From NCBI GenBank assembly GCA_050261335.1, contig JBLNDE010000050.1, positions 7,435 through 71,434 on the forward strand: 64,000 nucleotides of DNA. Reading direction: 5' to 3'. Origin of the DNA: Bacillota bacterium. Lineage in GTDB: Bacteria; Bacillota; SHA-98; UBA4971. Shown piece after piece: positions 15,472 through 26,833 of the stretch. The position numbers were made by a program, and so were the translations under genes. Numbering within the stretch: the stretch's first letter is position 1; every line of letters begins with the position of its first letter. Below the pieces are notes generated by a model, which worked only from the letters and a program-made list of their open reading frames with translations, was not told the DNA's origin and searched no databases.

Positions 15472-15548
15472 TGGGGTGGATGATGGGAATCGAACCCACA
15501 GCCTCTGGAGCCACAGTCCAGCGCTCTCACCGTTGAGCTACATCCACC
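15472..15548 (-). tRNA. tRNA-His (anticodon GTG) with G-1 and encoded CCA
   Basis: Hand-folded cloverleaf: G-1; acceptor GTGGATG/CATCCAC; D stem GCTC/GAGC; anticodon stem CTGGA/TCCAG with loop CTGTGGC; T arm GTGGG-TTCGATT-CCCAT; discriminator C; CCA. Confidence 0.93.
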
Positions 15549-15875
15549 ACGACACACCTATAGTTTTCTGCGCATCCCACGGCCGACATCGCCCCCGAGC
15601 CAGCTCCTGTCGCCTGCCCCGGGGACATTGACAGAATACCACATAAACCCGGAGGCGTCAAGACTCGGCCGAAACCGCGAACGGCAGGCATTCCTTGCCG
15701 GAAGCCTCGATGGTGCAGACGAGGTGGTCGGCACCCTCCATGCTCGAGCTCCCTTCTTGAGGATCGGTGCCTGCGCGCTCCTCCACTGACCAGCGGTCAG
15801 GCGCACTCCCCGCACCATGCAGGCGCCACCCGGCGCAACGCCGCCGCACAGGGTGAAGACAGCGGTGCCAGGATG

Positions 15876-16697
15876 TCATCCCTTGAGCGCGCCGGCAAGG
15901 AGACCTCGGATGAAATAGCGCCCCAGCAGCACGTACACCACGACGGTGGGCAGGGCCGCCAGCACGGACCCGGCCATGGGCAGGTTCCACGACACGGCCT
16001 GCCCGCCCGCCAGGTTCGCGAGGGCCACGGTTATGGGCTGGGAGGCCGGCCGGGCCAGGGTCACGGCAAATAGGAACTCGTTCCAGATCTGCGTGAACTG
16101 CCAGATGGCTACCACCAGGAAGGGCGGGCCCGAAAGCGGCAGGACGAGCCACCTGTATATGCCGAAGAAATCCGCCCCGTCAATGAACGCGGCCCCGAGA
16201 AGCTCGTCCGGGATCTCCGCGTAGAAGCTGCGGAAGAGCAGGGTGGTTATCGGCAGGCCGTAGACAACGTGCACCAACACGAGGCCGGGAAGGCCGCCGT
16301 ACAGCCCGATCCCGCGCATGAACTGGAACAGCGGGACGAGGATGCTCTGGTAAGGTATAAACATGCCGAACACCACAAGCGGCAGCACAAGACGGGCGCC
16401 AGGGAATTCCCACTTACATAGCACGTAGCCGTTGATGGAGCCGAGTGCGGCCGAAAGAAGGGTGGCCGCGATGGCCAGGATGATGCTGTTCTTCAGCGAC
16501 GGGGCAAACTGCCTGATGGCCGTCGCGTAGCTCGCCCAGTACGGACGCGCCGGGGGCTTCCACGCCGTTAACAGGTTGATGTCGGCCGGCGCCTTCAGGC
16601 TGGTGACGAGTGCGAGGTACACCGGGATGAGGTATGCCACCGCAAGAAGCGTGATGAGAGCATATATGAACCACCTGCTTGCGCCACGTTGATACAT
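15876..16697 (-). CDS. Carbohydrate ABC transporter permease (MalG/UgpE-like)
   Basis: Multi-TM protein with the EAA-loop region [23 protein letters not shown]. Start set to ATG 16697, just downstream of the upstream gene's stop. Confidence 0.85.
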   Translation of the reverse strand: MYQRGASRWFIYALITLLAVAYLIPVYLALVTSLKAPADINLLTAWKPPARPYWASYATAIRQFAPSLKNSIILAIAATLLSAALGSINGYVLCKWEFPGARLVLPLVVFGMFIPYQSILVPLFQFMRGIGLYGGLPGLVLVHVVYGLPITTLLFRSFYAEIPDELLGAAFIDGADFFGIYRWLVLPLSGPPFLVVAIWQFTQIWNEFLFAVTLARPASQPITVALANLAGGQAVSWNLPMAGSVLAALPTVVVYVLLGRYFIRGLLAGALKG

Positions 16698-16704
16698 GGC
16701 CCAC

Positions 16705-17817
16705 TCAAGCCCTCCCCTCCCGGAACGATGCAACGAGGTAGGGGACTATCAGGATGGACACGATAACGAGCAGGATGACGGCGATAGACGCCCCCTTCGC
16801 AAGCTCGTTCCCGCGGAACGTCGTAAGGAACATGAGAATGGCCGGGACGCTGGTAGGCGCGTTGTCAGGGCCCGCCATGGCGAACACCAGGTCGAAGATC
16901 TTGAGGGCGATGTGTCCGAGGATGATTATGGCGCTCCACGTGATGGGGGCCAGCAACGGAAGCTCTACGTACCGGTACACCTGCAAGGGGCTTGCCCCGT
17001 CCACCCGGGCCGCCTCCCGCAGCTCGTCGGGGATCGTCCGCAGCCCGGCGAGGTAGAGCGCCATGGTGTACCCGGACATCTGCCACGTTGCCGCTATGAC
17101 CACACCGACGAGCGCCAGGTTGAAGCCGTGAGACTCCGGAAACGGGAGGAGCTGGAACTGCGTCGCCCCTCCTGCCAGGGCCCATGCGAACAGCACCAGG
17201 CCCGGTAACCCCGTCAGCGCGGCCGCCCGGAAACGCTGCCGCGCGGCGGACCACAGCCCCCAGGCAATGAGCACGAGCGCCGCGCCCAGCACCACGTAGT
17301 AAGGCAATGTCTGCCAGTTGAACTGGAGGACCTGATCCCGACTGCTGAGCCACAGGAAACTCGCAGGCGGCAAGCGTACCAGCGAAGGAAGCACGTTCAC
17401 GCCGCCCCGGGGCTGAAGAAGCCAGCGCCAGATGGTGCCGGTAACGATGAACGATAGCGACATGGGGAACAAAAAGATCGTGCGGAAGACCGCTTCGCCG
17501 CGAATACGCTGATCGAGGATAGTGGCGAGAAAGAGGCCGAGCGCAAGCGATGCGGCGACGAACAGCACAGTGAAGAAGACCATGCTCACGAGGTCCTGTC
17601 GAAAGCGCACGTTGAGGAACCCGGTGAAGAGCTCACGGTAATTCTGCGCTCCCACGAAGTGTATCTCGGGCTTCAGCGCAAGGGCGGCCCCCTGCCCCCA
17701 GTCGGTGAGCGAGATGTAGACCGTCTGCCCTATGAACCCGTACACGAACACCGCAAGGAGCGCAAGAGATGGTAGTACGACAAGGATGGCCATGACCTGG
17801 TCGCGCCTGGACCGCAT
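16705..17817 (-). CDS. Carbohydrate ABC transporter permease (MalF/UgpA-like)
   Basis: EAA loop [24 protein letters not shown]. Start set to ATG 17817 ([14 protein letters not shown]...). Confidence 0.85.
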   Translation of the reverse strand: MRSRRDQVMAILVVLPSLALLAVFVYGFIGQTVYISLTDWGQGAALALKPEIHFVGAQNYRELFTGFLNVRFRQDLVSMVFFTVLFVAASLALGLFLATILDQRIRGEAVFRTIFLFPMSLSFIVTGTIWRWLLQPRGGVNVLPSLVRLPPASFLWLSSRDQVLQFNWQTLPYYVVLGAALVLIAWGLWSAARQRFRAAALTGLPGLVLFAWALAGGATQFQLLPFPESHGFNLALVGVVIAATWQMSGYTMALYLAGLRTIPDELREAARVDGASPLQVYRYVELPLLAPITWSAIIILGHIALKIFDLVFAMAGPDNAPTSVPAILMFLTTFRGNELAKGASIAVILLVIVSILIVPYLVASFREGRA

Positions 17818-17983
17818 CGACCCCACCCCTTTCCAACCAGACCCATGGCCATGCATCTCGAAGCATGGCGGGACCAAGACCGCAGCACCCAGCACACCCC
17901 GGGTATCCTGCGGGCCCGCCGCGTCCAGGACGTCCAGGAACCTGGCCACGTCCGGGAACCCGGCGGCGGGCCCTCCTTCTGCC

Positions 17984-19246
17984 TTAACGACCTATGCCAG
18001 CCTGAATGGCAACCGCCTGGGCCGCGTTCGCCGCCGCCTCGGGGTTGCGACTGTTGAGGAAGATCTCCATGACCGTTGCGAAGTCATTCATGAACCGCTC
18101 GTTGGCGACCACTCCGTGGGCGAGGCTGCCTACGATGGCGTTGGCCCTCCAGTCCTTCGCAGCACTCTGGAGGTAAGCGTTGTACTTGGACAGGTCGCTA
18201 TCCACACGTGCGCTGATGGACCCCTTGAGCGGGTTGAACGTGTCCTGGGCCTCCTTGCTTCCGAGCATCTTCAGCCACGCGAGGGTGTTCTCGCGGTGCG
18301 GAGCGCCCACTGGCAGCCCAAAGGAGTCGGACAGCATCATGAACACGCCGGAGGTGCCGGGCGCAGGCGCCCAGCCGAAGTCCTTGCCCGGCTGCAGCTT
18401 GAGGGTGGTGACCATGTAGCCCGCCGCCCAGTCGCCCATGACGTTGAATGCGGCCTGGCCTTTCACCACCATGTCGGTGGCCTGCTGCCAGGAGAGAGAC
18501 GGAGCGTCCTGGTTGGTGTACTCGAGCACCTTGCCGAACGTCTTCCACGCCCCCACGACTTCCGGGCTCTTCCATGACAGCTTGCCCTGCCAGAGCGCCT
18601 CCCACTTGTCCTTGCCGAGGCAAGCGAGGACGACGCTCTCCCAGAGGTGGGAGACGGTCCAGTTCTCACCCAGGGAGAGCGGGACCACGCCCTTCGCCTT
18701 GAGCGTCGGGGCGATGGCAAGGAACTCGTCCCACGTGGCGGGCGCCTTCACGCCCCACTTCTTGAGGTTGTCCGGCACATACCAGAGTACATTGGACCTG
18801 TGGATGTTGACCGGCACGGACCAGATGCCGCGGTCGGTGCTGAGGAGTTTCAAGAGACCCTCGGGGAAGGCCGACTTCCAGCCTTCCTTCGCATAGAGGT
18901 CGCTGAGATCCTCCATACGCCCGGCCACGACCCATGTGCCGATGAGTTCCTGCCCGGCGTGGACCTGGAAGGTGTCAGGCGGCTCACCGCCGAGCATGCG
19001 GGTCTTGAGGACGGCCTTGGCGTTCACCCCGGCTCCGCCGGTGACGGTGGAGTTGATGACCTGGACGCCAGGATGCTGCTTCTCGTAGAGCTCGATGAGC
19101 GCCTGCAACGCGGGGCCCTCGTCTCCCGCCCACCAGGAGAAGATCTCTAGTTTGCCGCTGAGAGGAGCTGAGGCTGCCGTGGCGCCCAGGCACGCAACCA
19201 GGGTCACGCTAACCACCAGAACAGCGAGCCACTTCGATGTCCTCAT
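17984..19246 (-). CDS. Extracellular sugar-binding protein of an ABC transporter
   Basis: Signal peptide and family-1 solute-binding pattern ([31 protein letters not shown]). ATG at 19246 preceded by CAGGAGGGAT. Confidence 0.85.
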   Translation of the reverse strand: MRTSKWLAVLVVSVTLVACLGATAASAPLSGKLEIFSWWAGDEGPALQALIELYEKQHPGVQVINSTVTGGAGVNAKAVLKTRMLGGEPPDTFQVHAGQELIGTWVVAGRMEDLSDLYAKEGWKSAFPEGLLKLLSTDRGIWSVPVNIHRSNVLWYVPDNLKKWGVKAPATWDEFLAIAPTLKAKGVVPLSLGENWTVSHLWESVVLACLGKDKWEALWQGKLSWKSPEVVGAWKTFGKVLEYTNQDAPSLSWQQATDMVVKGQAAFNVMGDWAAGYMVTTLKLQPGKDFGWAPAPGTSGVFMMLSDSFGLPVGAPHRENTLAWLKMLGSKEAQDTFNPLKGSISARVDSDLSKYNAYLQSAAKDWRANAIVGSLAHGVVANERFMNDFATVMEIFLNSRNPEAAANAAQAVAIQAGIGR

Positions 19247-19837
19247 CTCTATCCCTCCTGACGAAATGGTATCCGGGAGCATGTTTCACTCTACACACTC
19301 GTGTCAGTCCGAGCCATGCAAGTCCGGCTAGTCCTGGGGATTCCACCGGTTCGGGCTACCCGGGTTCACCCGCCGCTGATGGTTTCCGCCGCCCGATACC
19401 ACCCCCCTCCTCCAGAACCATCCCATTTCCCCCAGCTACATACGCGCGGCGCCCGGACAGGCGCCTCAAGCGGCTGGCTCTTCACCGGGCCGGCCTTCCG
19501 ACACGCCCGGCTGCCGGCACGGTCTGCCCCAATGCCCCAGGCTCACCCGCGCCTGGCTTCATTTATGCTGTAAACAAAGTCGAGCTGGCCCTCACGTTTG
19601 CTCGCGTTGCATCAGGGGGACTGGGAGAATTCCGCCCTGAACCTGTTACTGCGGCCTCTCACCTGCTTATGGGCGCCCTTCCCGGGCCTTTCATCTGGCG
19701 GGGCCTGTTCCCGGAGCTGGAACGCCGCTCCGCTGCTCAGCCGGTACTTTCTACACTGGTCGAAGAACTCCTCCTCGCGCTGGCGCGTGGCTCCACCCAA
19801 TCTGCGGGCCCGGGTCGCTGCCTGCAGGGCGCATGTT

Positions 19838-21196
19838 TCAGAGGCTAACGCCAGCCCCCACGATCTTGTCCCGTTTCTCCCGCAAGTACCGCCCCAGGCT
19901 GCTGAGGTCACCATCGATGGTGAGCGCCATGGCCCCGTACAGCACGGCGCACGGGATCCACATGAAGACCGCGAACAGCATCGCATAGAGATAGCCGTGG
20001 CCACGGATGAGCATGCCGCCGAGGAAGGGACCTATCCCTCGCCCAAGGCTATCCGTGATGTTGTGGAGCCCGAACACCGACCCCCGGCGCTCAGGCGGGT
20101 TCACGTTAATGAGCATGGCCTTGATATTGGCGGAGGGGATCGTCACGATCACTCCTGTCAGGAAACTGGTGACCAGAGGCATGGCCATCGCGTGCGATCC
20201 CATGGCAGGCGTAAGGTGCATCGTCATGATCATATAGCCCGGAGCCACCCCGGCGAGCACGGCGCCCGCACAGAAGAGAGGCAACGCCCTCGGCGACCGC
20301 CGGAATATCCTGTCACCAGCCCAGCCGCCGAGAAGTCCGCCTGCCGTCGCCCCGAGGCCGAGAACGAGGGTGAGCATCGTCGCAAACTCCTTCGTGAAGC
20401 CCTTGCCCTCGTAGAAAGGTATCAGGAAAAAGGGGATGAGCCCCCACGGGATTGAGCCGGGTATCCCCTGGACGAACCCCAGCAGGTTGGTCCTGTTGGC
20501 AAGCACGGCCTTGAGGTCCGAGAACTTGATCCTTTCGGTATACTCGAAACCCCGCTTCAGGAGGTCAGCGAGCTCCTTCTCGCGCGCGCCCCGTTTCGGC
20601 TCCCTGGCCATAAGCATGAACGCCGGCACGAGCACGAAGTTCGGGACCGCGGCAAGAATGAACGGCAGACGCCAGCCGTATGTTCCGGCCAGAAAGCCGG
20701 GCATCACCTGGCCGAGCATCTCACCGATCCCCCATGCTGTGCTGACGAACGCTATGGCGGTGGCCCTGTGCTCGGCATTGAAGTAATCGCCCACGAGCGA
20801 GAAGGTGATCGGAAAGATGCCCCCCACCCCGAGGCCGGTGAGGATTCTCAGCACCAGGAGCTGGTTATATGTGGTCGTGAAAGCCCTCACTCCCGTCAGG
20901 AAGCAGGGGATCTCGCCGAGAAGCACGGTGAATGCGAGCAGCTTCTTCCGCGAGAAGCGGTCGGTGAAGTACCCGAAGAACATGCTCACCAGCGCCCCAA
21001 GGATCGTGAACGCCGACCCGATGATTCCGATCTGCCGTTCGTCTATCCGATACTCAGCCATGATCTCCCGTACGACCGGATTCATGGCATTCTGGTCCGC
21101 GAAAAGCCACACCGAGATCATGACCAGGACGGCCAGGGTCCACTTTTCCCTGTTCGACACTACCTGCTTCCTCCCTCGCTTGCTCTTATCACCCAC
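19838..21196 (-). CDS. MFS transporter
   Basis: 452 aa with repeated hydrophobic helices and an MFS-type loop (GYFTDRFSRKK). Confidence 0.8.
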   Translation of the reverse strand: MGDKSKRGRKQVVSNREKWTLAVLVMISVWLFADQNAMNPVVREIMAEYRIDERQIGIIGSAFTILGALVSMFFGYFTDRFSRKKLLAFTVLLGEIPCFLTGVRAFTTTYNQLLVLRILTGLGVGGIFPITFSLVGDYFNAEHRATAIAFVSTAWGIGEMLGQVMPGFLAGTYGWRLPFILAAVPNFVLVPAFMLMAREPKRGAREKELADLLKRGFEYTERIKFSDLKAVLANRTNLLGFVQGIPGSIPWGLIPFFLIPFYEGKGFTKEFATMLTLVLGLGATAGGLLGGWAGDRIFRRSPRALPLFCAGAVLAGVAPGYMIMTMHLTPAMGSHAMAMPLVTSFLTGVIVTIPSANIKAMLINVNPPERRGSVFGLHNITDSLGRGIGPFLGGMLIRGHGYLYAMLFAVFMWIPCAVLYGAMALTIDGDLSSLGRYLREKRDKIVGAGVSL

Positions 21197-23169
21197 ATGC
21201 CAAGCACGCGCTCCGGGATCACCGTCTCGCCATTTACTCTGAAGTTACCTGCGTTCTCAGGCACTCTGATGTACACGTCCCGCTTCCTGACTGCTCGCTC
21301 GTGGTAATCCATCACGATATCGCTGCCGTCCACTTCGAGCCTCGATACCTCGCAGCCCGGGAAGAGGTGGCCTGTGCTTCCCACAATTGCGAAGTCTTCC
21401 GTCCCGGCCTTAAGGAAGCACACAGACTGGTACGGCCCCAACCTGATGTGCGTTCCGCCGGGAATGAAGCGGCCGCGGCCGAAGTACACGCCCGGCCCAG
21501 GCTTTGCGCTCTCCTCGCGTGCACCGAGGTTGGCGAAGGCCTCATACTGCCTGTTGTCGATGGTGAATTCCACGTGGCACACGTCCCCTGAGCGCTCGAC
21601 GTGCCGTATACTCTTCTCGACAACGGGAAACTGCGAGAGGTAAATCTCCAGCTCCTGCTCGGAATAGGTATCGATGTTGTCGGAGGTGAATACCAGGGTC
21701 CCAAATATGTGGTTCAGCAGGAACAACGTGTACCGCTGGTCCGGGCTAAGCCGGTTTCCCTTGTTCCTCAGGATGAAGACATCAGGGTCGCTGCCGAAGA
21801 CGTTACCGTTCAGGTGCCAGCGGCCAATGGCGCTCGCGAGCGAGTTTGCCGTGGACACCCTTTCACGGTAGCCCAGCCATCGGAGAAGGCGATCATCCCA
21901 CACCGGGGCCACGTCGCTTCCTACCCGACAATAGTCCATGCGCCCGAACGCAGGGCCGAGTGGCACCCCGCAACCGAGGATCACCCTGTCTCCCACAGCC
22001 TTCCTGAGGAAATCCAGGGCCTCGGTCATCACCTGCCCGCGCGGTTTCCCGTCCCGTGGGATCAGCGCAGCGGCGTAAAGGAAGTCCAGCTTGACCATGT
22101 CGAAGCCCCATGCGTTCAGGACCGTGTCAAACACCCGGGCGAGGTAGTCTCTCACCGCGGGACTATAGAAATCGAGGGCAAAGAATACCCCGCTCCAGTT
22201 GGGATTGAAGCCCGCCCTGACAGGTCTCCCTTTCGCGTCGCGCAGAACCCAGTCGGGGTGTTCGCGGAAGATGATGGACCTTTTCTCGCAGATGAAGGGC
22301 GCAAGCCACAGGCCGGCCCTGTAGCCCCTTGCTCTTACCTCGTCTGCGACGTGCTTCATGCCGCGAGGGAATTTGTGGTTCGCCACGAGCCAATCGCCCA
22401 CGGCGTTCTGGTACCCGTCGTCCACCTGGAAATAGTCGATGGGGATGCCCCGGCGTGCCAGCGCGTCAAGGTTGGCGAGCACGATGTCCTCGCTGATCCG
22501 GGTGTAGTAGTTGTACCAGCTCGTCCAGCCTGAGCGGGGACCACCGCGGCGGCAGGGTATTCCAAGTCGTTCGAAGTACCCGTCGAAGACCTCGGCCTCG
22601 CTCCCAGACGCGATATACATGTGGAACGCCTGGAGAGGTGACCGCACCCGGACATTCGCGCAGTCCTTCTTCACATGCAGGACCCCCGCACCCGTGTCGT
22701 ACACGAACAGGGTGTACCCGGCTGCCTCTGAGAGAGATCCTATAAGCGTGCATTCACGCCCGCTTTTCACATAGGTGTACGTCCACCCGTGCAGGTTGCC
22801 CGGCCGGCCGCTGTACCGGTGAAACGCATAGTCTCCGTACGGCCCCAGCAGCGGCCGGGCTACGGCCACGATCCCCCTCATGCTCTCCGCGGGGTCGAAC
22901 TCCCGGCTCTCGGTCCAGCTCTGGAAGCCATTCACGTAGACGCGGTCGTGGGCCGAAGGCCGCAGCGATATCTCCAGATACAGCTCATTTAGCACCATCT
23001 CGCGGGCCGGCTCGATCGTCAGTGAAAAGACCAGCCCACTGCCCTCGCGCTGCGCACGCGGCAGGATCAGGACGTCGGGCCCCTTGAAGTCAGTCAGCGC
23101 ATCGAAGACCGCAGTCTTGCGCTTGCCGCCCACCGAACACCTGATACGCCCACCAGTCACCTCTACCAC
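21160..23169 (-). CDS. GH36-like alpha-galactosidase (melibiase family)
   Basis: GWTSWYNYY...IDYFQVDDGYQNAVGDW...GLWLAPF...FDMVKLDFLY motifs are typical of the alpha-galactosidase TIM barrel. Confidence 0.75.
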   Translation of the reverse strand: MVEVTGGRIRCSVGGKRKTAVFDALTDFKGPDVLILPRAQREGSGLVFSLTIEPAREMVLNELYLEISLRPSAHDRVYVNGFQSWTESREFDPAESMRGIVAVARPLLGPYGDYAFHRYSGRPGNLHGWTYTYVKSGRECTLIGSLSEAAGYTLFVYDTGAGVLHVKKDCANVRVRSPLQAFHMYIASGSEAEVFDGYFERLGIPCRRGGPRSGWTSWYNYYTRISEDIVLANLDALARRGIPIDYFQVDDGYQNAVGDWLVANHKFPRGMKHVADEVRARGYRAGLWLAPFICEKRSIIFREHPDWVLRDAKGRPVRAGFNPNWSGVFFALDFYSPAVRDYLARVFDTVLNAWGFDMVKLDFLYAAALIPRDGKPRGQVMTEALDFLRKAVGDRVILGCGVPLGPAFGRMDYCRVGSDVAPVWDDRLLRWLGYRERVSTANSLASAIGRWHLNGNVFGSDPDVFILRNKGNRLSPDQRYTLFLLNHIFGTLVFTSDNIDTYSEQELEIYLSQFPVVEKSIRHVERSGDVCHVEFTIDNRQYEAFANLGAREESAKPGPGVYFGRGRFIPGGTHIRLGPYQSVCFLKAGTEDFAIVGSTGHLFPGCEVSRLEVDGSDIVMDYHERAVRKRDVYIRVPENAGNFRVNGETVIPERVLGMWVIRASEGGSR

Positions 23170-23549
23170 GGCACTCGCCTCCCGGCTCGAGAAGCCTGCG
23201 GGCCGCGACGACGCATGGCCCGGGTTACGCCCGCGCCCTGTGCTTTACCGAAGAGATCTTTCTTGCAAGTACCACGAACTCCTTCACAAGTTGCTCGTGA
23301 CCCGGGTCGTCCTCGCGGGTTTCTGTGAGGTCCGACGCAAGAAGGCTCAGGACGAGATATGAAGAAGGCAGAGAAGCTTGCTCCAGTCTACGGCAACGTT
23401 CTTATCGCAGGAGTGGAGGAATGCGGGGCAGGATGTAGAATCTAGCCGGTAAAATGGGCATGAGCCTGGCTCATCTTGCGCACCGCGCACCAGGCAAGGT
23501 GGTACTGCACGGGCGATGCGCCGGCTCGCAGGCGGGGGATCGGCTTTTC

Positions 23550-24653
23550 ATGACAAATCGAAGTAGGCTCACAGGATCGGCGTTGCAGGTCGTGATGCTG
23601 CTGAGCGCGCTCGCGCTCTCCCTGCTCGTCGGAGGAGGCCTGATTGCAATTGCAGGCGCGAACCCGCTCGTCGCTTACAGGTCCATGTTCCTCGGGCCGG
23701 TGAGCGGCCGCTACGGCATTACCGAAAGCCTCGTCAAGGCAACCCCTCTCCTGCTTGTTAGCCTCGGAATCATCACGTCCTTCCGAAGCGGCATCCTAAA
23801 CATCGGCGGAGAAGGCCAGATGGTGATGGGAGCAGTGGCGGGCAGCGCCGTCGCTCTTGCTCTACCCAACCTACCAGGGCTCGTCCTCCTCCCCCTGGTG
23901 CTGGCAGTCAGTGTTGCCGCGGGGGCCGTGTGGGGCGGATTCGCCGGATGGCTCAAGGCACGCCTTGCGGTGAACGAGATCCTCAGCACCATCATGCTGA
24001 ACCAGATCGCTCTCCAGCTTTGTCTCTACCTCATAAGGGGCCCCATGATAGACCCGGACGAGGTCGCATACGGCACCGGGTGCCCTCAGACCGCGCTCCT
24101 TCCCAGGCAGGTATGGATGGCGAGGCTGGTCCCCAGCACAAGATTTCACTGGGGCTTTCTCCTCGCTATGGCGCTTGCCGTAGCGGTATACGTGTTGCTG
24201 TGGCGCACCACTATCGGCTATCGCATGAGAGCGGTAGGGGCCGGCCCTCGGGCGGCCCGCTATGCGGGAATCCGTGTTGAAGCTTACCAGGTCCTGGCCA
24301 TGGCTCTGGCAGGCGGTTTCGCTGGGTTGGCCGGCCTTGTCGAAGTCCTTGGCGTCCATCACCGTGTGCTGGAGGGGCTGTCAGCAGGCTACGGCTTCAG
24401 CGGAATCGTGGTGGCTCTCTTCGGAAGGCTGCATCCCCTTGGATGCATCCCGGCGGCGGTCCTCTTCGGCATGCTCGTGCTGGGCGCCGACATGATGCAG
24501 CGTGCTGTGGCGATCCCTGCAGCCATTGTCATGACTATTCAGGGCCTCGTCGTCTTGTTCGTAGTTGGGACCGACATCTTAATTCGACGCCCTGAGCTGT
24601 GGCGGCGCTGGCTGAAGGGGCCCTCTCGGGGTAATGAGGAGGTTCAAAGCTAA
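23550..24653 (+). CDS. ABC transporter permease (BMP/nucleoside-sugar type); start uncertain (ORF open from 23454)
   Basis: Multi-TM protein. Operon with a second permease, a BMP binding protein and a double ATPase. Confidence 0.8.
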   Translation: MTNRSRLTGSALQVVMLLSALALSLLVGGGLIAIAGANPLVAYRSMFLGPVSGRYGITESLVKATPLLLVSLGIITSFRSGILNIGGEGQMVMGAVAGSAVALALPNLPGLVLLPLVLAVSVAAGAVWGGFAGWLKARLAVNEILSTIMLNQIALQLCLYLIRGPMIDPDEVAYGTGCPQTALLPRQVWMARLVPSTRFHWGFLLAMALAVAVYVLLWRTTIGYRMRAVGAGPRAARYAGIRVEAYQVLAMALAGGFAGLAGLVEVLGVHHRVLEGLSAGYGFSGIVVALFGRLHPLGCIPAAVLFGMLVLGADMMQRAVAIPAAIVMTIQGLVVLFVVGTDILIRRPELWRRWLKGPSRGNEEVQS

Positions 24654-24655
24654 CA

Positions 24656-25588
24656 GTGGAGGATCTTCTGAGTCAGGGGGCCGTCATCGGGATCCTCGCA
24701 ACCGGAGTGCGCCTTGCCGCGCCCTTCCTCTTCGCTGCGCTGGGGGAGATGTTTGTCCAGCGCTCAGGGGTGTTCAACCTCGGCGTCGAGGGTGTCATGA
24801 TGATGGGAGCATTCATGGGGTTCCTCGTGACACTGCACACGTCCAACCCGTACCTGGGGGTTGCCGTTGGGATCATGGTGGGAGCCGTCCTGGGGCTTCT
24901 CATGGCCGTCGTCAGCGTTACAATGCAGGCTGAACAGGGGATAAGCGGCATCGGGCTGTACATGTTCTGCTGGGGGCTGTCCGGCCTGCTTTTCCGCCTT
25001 TATGTTGGCTTCATCACCTCCATCCGGGGCTTTGGCCCGGTGCACGTGCCCGTTCTTTCTCGTATTCCGGTGTTCGGCCCCATCCTGTTCCAGCACAACT
25101 GGCTGGTCTACCTGGCCCTGATCCTGGTCCCGGTGTCCTGGTTCGTCCTCTATAAGACCACGTGGGGCTTGAAGGTACGCGCAGCTGGAACCACCCCGGA
25201 GGCTGCGGACACTCTGGGTGTTGACGTCAACGCCATCCGCTACCAGTGCGTGATCCTGGGGAGCGCGCTCGCGGGCCTCGCAGGAGCCTTCCTCACGGTG
25301 GGCCAGGCTAACATGTACGCTGATAACATCACGGCAGGCCGCGGGTTCATCGCTGTGGCCCTCGTGTATTTCGGCAGATGGAGCCCGGTGGGCATCCTCC
25401 TCGGGTCGCTGCTCTTCAGCATGATGAACGCTCTCCAGTTGTGGATCCAAGTGCTCGGAATCAACTTCCCGTACGAGTTCGCGGTGATTCTCCCGTACGT
25501 CATGACCATCGCGGCGCTGGCGATCGCCGTGGGACGAGTCTGGGCACCGGCCGCTCTCGGTAAGCCGTTCCAGCGCGAGTCCGCTTGA
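24656..25588 (+). CDS. ABC transporter permease (second subunit)
   Basis: 310-aa multi-TM ORF. GTG start 2 nt after the upstream stop. Confidence 0.85.
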   Translation: MEDLLSQGAVIGILATGVRLAAPFLFAALGEMFVQRSGVFNLGVEGVMMMGAFMGFLVTLHTSNPYLGVAVGIMVGAVLGLLMAVVSVTMQAEQGISGIGLYMFCWGLSGLLFRLYVGFITSIRGFGPVHVPVLSRIPVFGPILFQHNWLVYLALILVPVSWFVLYKTTWGLKVRAAGTTPEAADTLGVDVNAIRYQCVILGSALAGLAGAFLTVGQANMYADNITAGRGFIAVALVYFGRWSPVGILLGSLLFSMMNALQLWIQVLGINFPYEFAVILPYVMTIAALAIAVGRVWAPAALGKPFQRESA

Positions 25589-25676
25589 CGCAGGGCATGC
25601 CCACTGGCTCTGGCGAGTTCGGCTCCGCGCTCCGGAGCCGTTGTAACTGCAACAAACATGTAAGGAGGAGGAAGAG

Positions 25677-26681
25677 ATGAGAAGGGTTCGGTTGCTGACG
25701 TCGCTGGCCATCATTGTAGCATTGCTGATGGCACTTTGCGCAGGGGTGGGACATACAGCCGCCAAGGTCAGGATCGCCCTCGTGCTGCCGAGCACAATAG
25801 ACGACATGGCGTGGAGCCAGTCGATGTACGAGGGGCTCAAGACGGTCCAGAGAGAGATGGGCGAAGGGCGGATGGAGCTTGCCGTGAGCGAGAGGCTGGC
25901 AAACCCGGTGGATGCGGGCGCTGCCATTCGCCAGTATGCCGACCAGGGCTACGACATCGTCATCGCCCACGGGGCGCAATATCAGAGCGTGCTCATGGAA
26001 ATCGCATATGATTTCCCGAAGACCACCTTTGCCTACGGGACGGGCTTCAAGCCGGCCCCCAACATCTTCGCCTATGACCCCCAGGCGCAAGAGGGCGCCT
26101 ATCTGATGGGCATGATAGCCGCGCTCATGAGCAGGAGCGGCGTCCTTGGAATCGTGGGCCCGGTTGAGTCGGGCGACGCGGTGAAGTACAACTACGGCTT
26201 CCAGCAGGGTGCCATGGCCGCACGGCCTGACACAAAGGTCCGCATCGCTTACACCGGCTCGTTCGGCGATGTGGTCGGCGCCGGCGAGCTTGCCAAGGTG
26301 CATATGGATGCCGGGGCCGACATCCTGACAGGATCGTCGCAGCAGGCGGTCGGCGGGGTCCGGGCGGTCGCGGAGAGGCCCGGGAGGTACTGGATGTCCA
26401 CCGACATGGATCAGAGCTCGCTGGCACCTGATACGGTCCTGGTGGCCCAGGTCTACAACTGGCAGAAAGTCGTGAAAAGGATGCTCGAGCTCAGGTCCAA
26501 AGGCCTGCTCGGCGGCGAACATCTCGTGCTTTCGTTCGCTGACGGCACCCTCGAGCTGAGGTACAACCCGAAGCTCGCCGACAAGATCCCGGCCACTGTC
26601 AAAGAGAAGGTGGAGAAGGTCAAGCAGCAGATCATGAGCGGAGCCCTCAAGATTGAGCTGCCCAAGGGAGGAGCCAAGTGA
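25677..26681 (+). CDS. BMP-family (basic membrane protein / PnrA-like) ABC substrate-binding protein
   Basis: Signal peptide. IALVLPSTIDDMAWSQSMYEGL...YDIVIAHGAQYQ pattern. RBS GGAGGAGG. Confidence 0.85.
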   Translation: MRRVRLLTSLAIIVALLMALCAGVGHTAAKVRIALVLPSTIDDMAWSQSMYEGLKTVQREMGEGRMELAVSERLANPVDAGAAIRQYADQGYDIVIAHGAQYQSVLMEIAYDFPKTTFAYGTGFKPAPNIFAYDPQAQEGAYLMGMIAALMSRSGVLGIVGPVESGDAVKYNYGFQQGAMAARPDTKVRIAYTGSFGDVVGAGELAKVHMDAGADILTGSSQQAVGGVRAVAERPGRYWMSTDMDQSSLAPDTVLVAQVYNWQKVVKRMLELRSKGLLGGEHLVLSFADGTLELRYNPKLADKIPATVKEKVEKVKQQIMSGALKIELPKGGAK

Positions 26682-26720
26682 GGGTTCGTTAGTCCCTCCC
26701 AGTCTGCCAACATCTGGCGG

Positions 26721-26833
26721 GTTGCCGGCGTTGCACTCGGGGACGGTGCCCCAAGTGTGGCGCGCTTCGCCGAAATTCGGCCCGTCTGGCTAGGCAGCCG
26801 GATTTTGACACCCCTCGTGCAATCACCGGCAAC
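26721..26833. repeat. Palindromic intergenic element, copy A (full, 113 bp)
   Basis: Terminal inverted repeats GTTGCCGGCGTTGCAC / GTGCAATCACCGGCAAC. Its reverse complement matches copy C (54696-54807) along its whole length. Lies inside the operon, between the binding-protein and ATPase genes. Confidence 0.85.

Noticed and set aside
15658-15741. 27-aa ORF (MEGADHLVCTIEASGKECLPFAVSAES) with AAGGGAG upstream, between the sugar ABC operon and tRNA-His
   Set aside because: It is too short to support without homology or expression data, and it lies at the tail of a shadow ORF.
19283-19837. ~550-bp apparently non-coding spacer upstream of the sugar-binding-protein gene (track ORF 19237-19848 on plus)
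   Set aside because: The plus-strand ORF is Pro/Arg/Ser-rich with no start signal. I could not find repeats, promoters or RNA motifs convincing enough to report.
23170-23549. Possible riboswitch or regulator site upstream of the BMP-type ABC operon
   Set aside because: No purine, preQ1, ZTP, cobalamin or c-di-GMP core sequences are recognisable. Only a short ATGAGCC/GGCTCAT palindrome and a TAGAAT hexamer are present.
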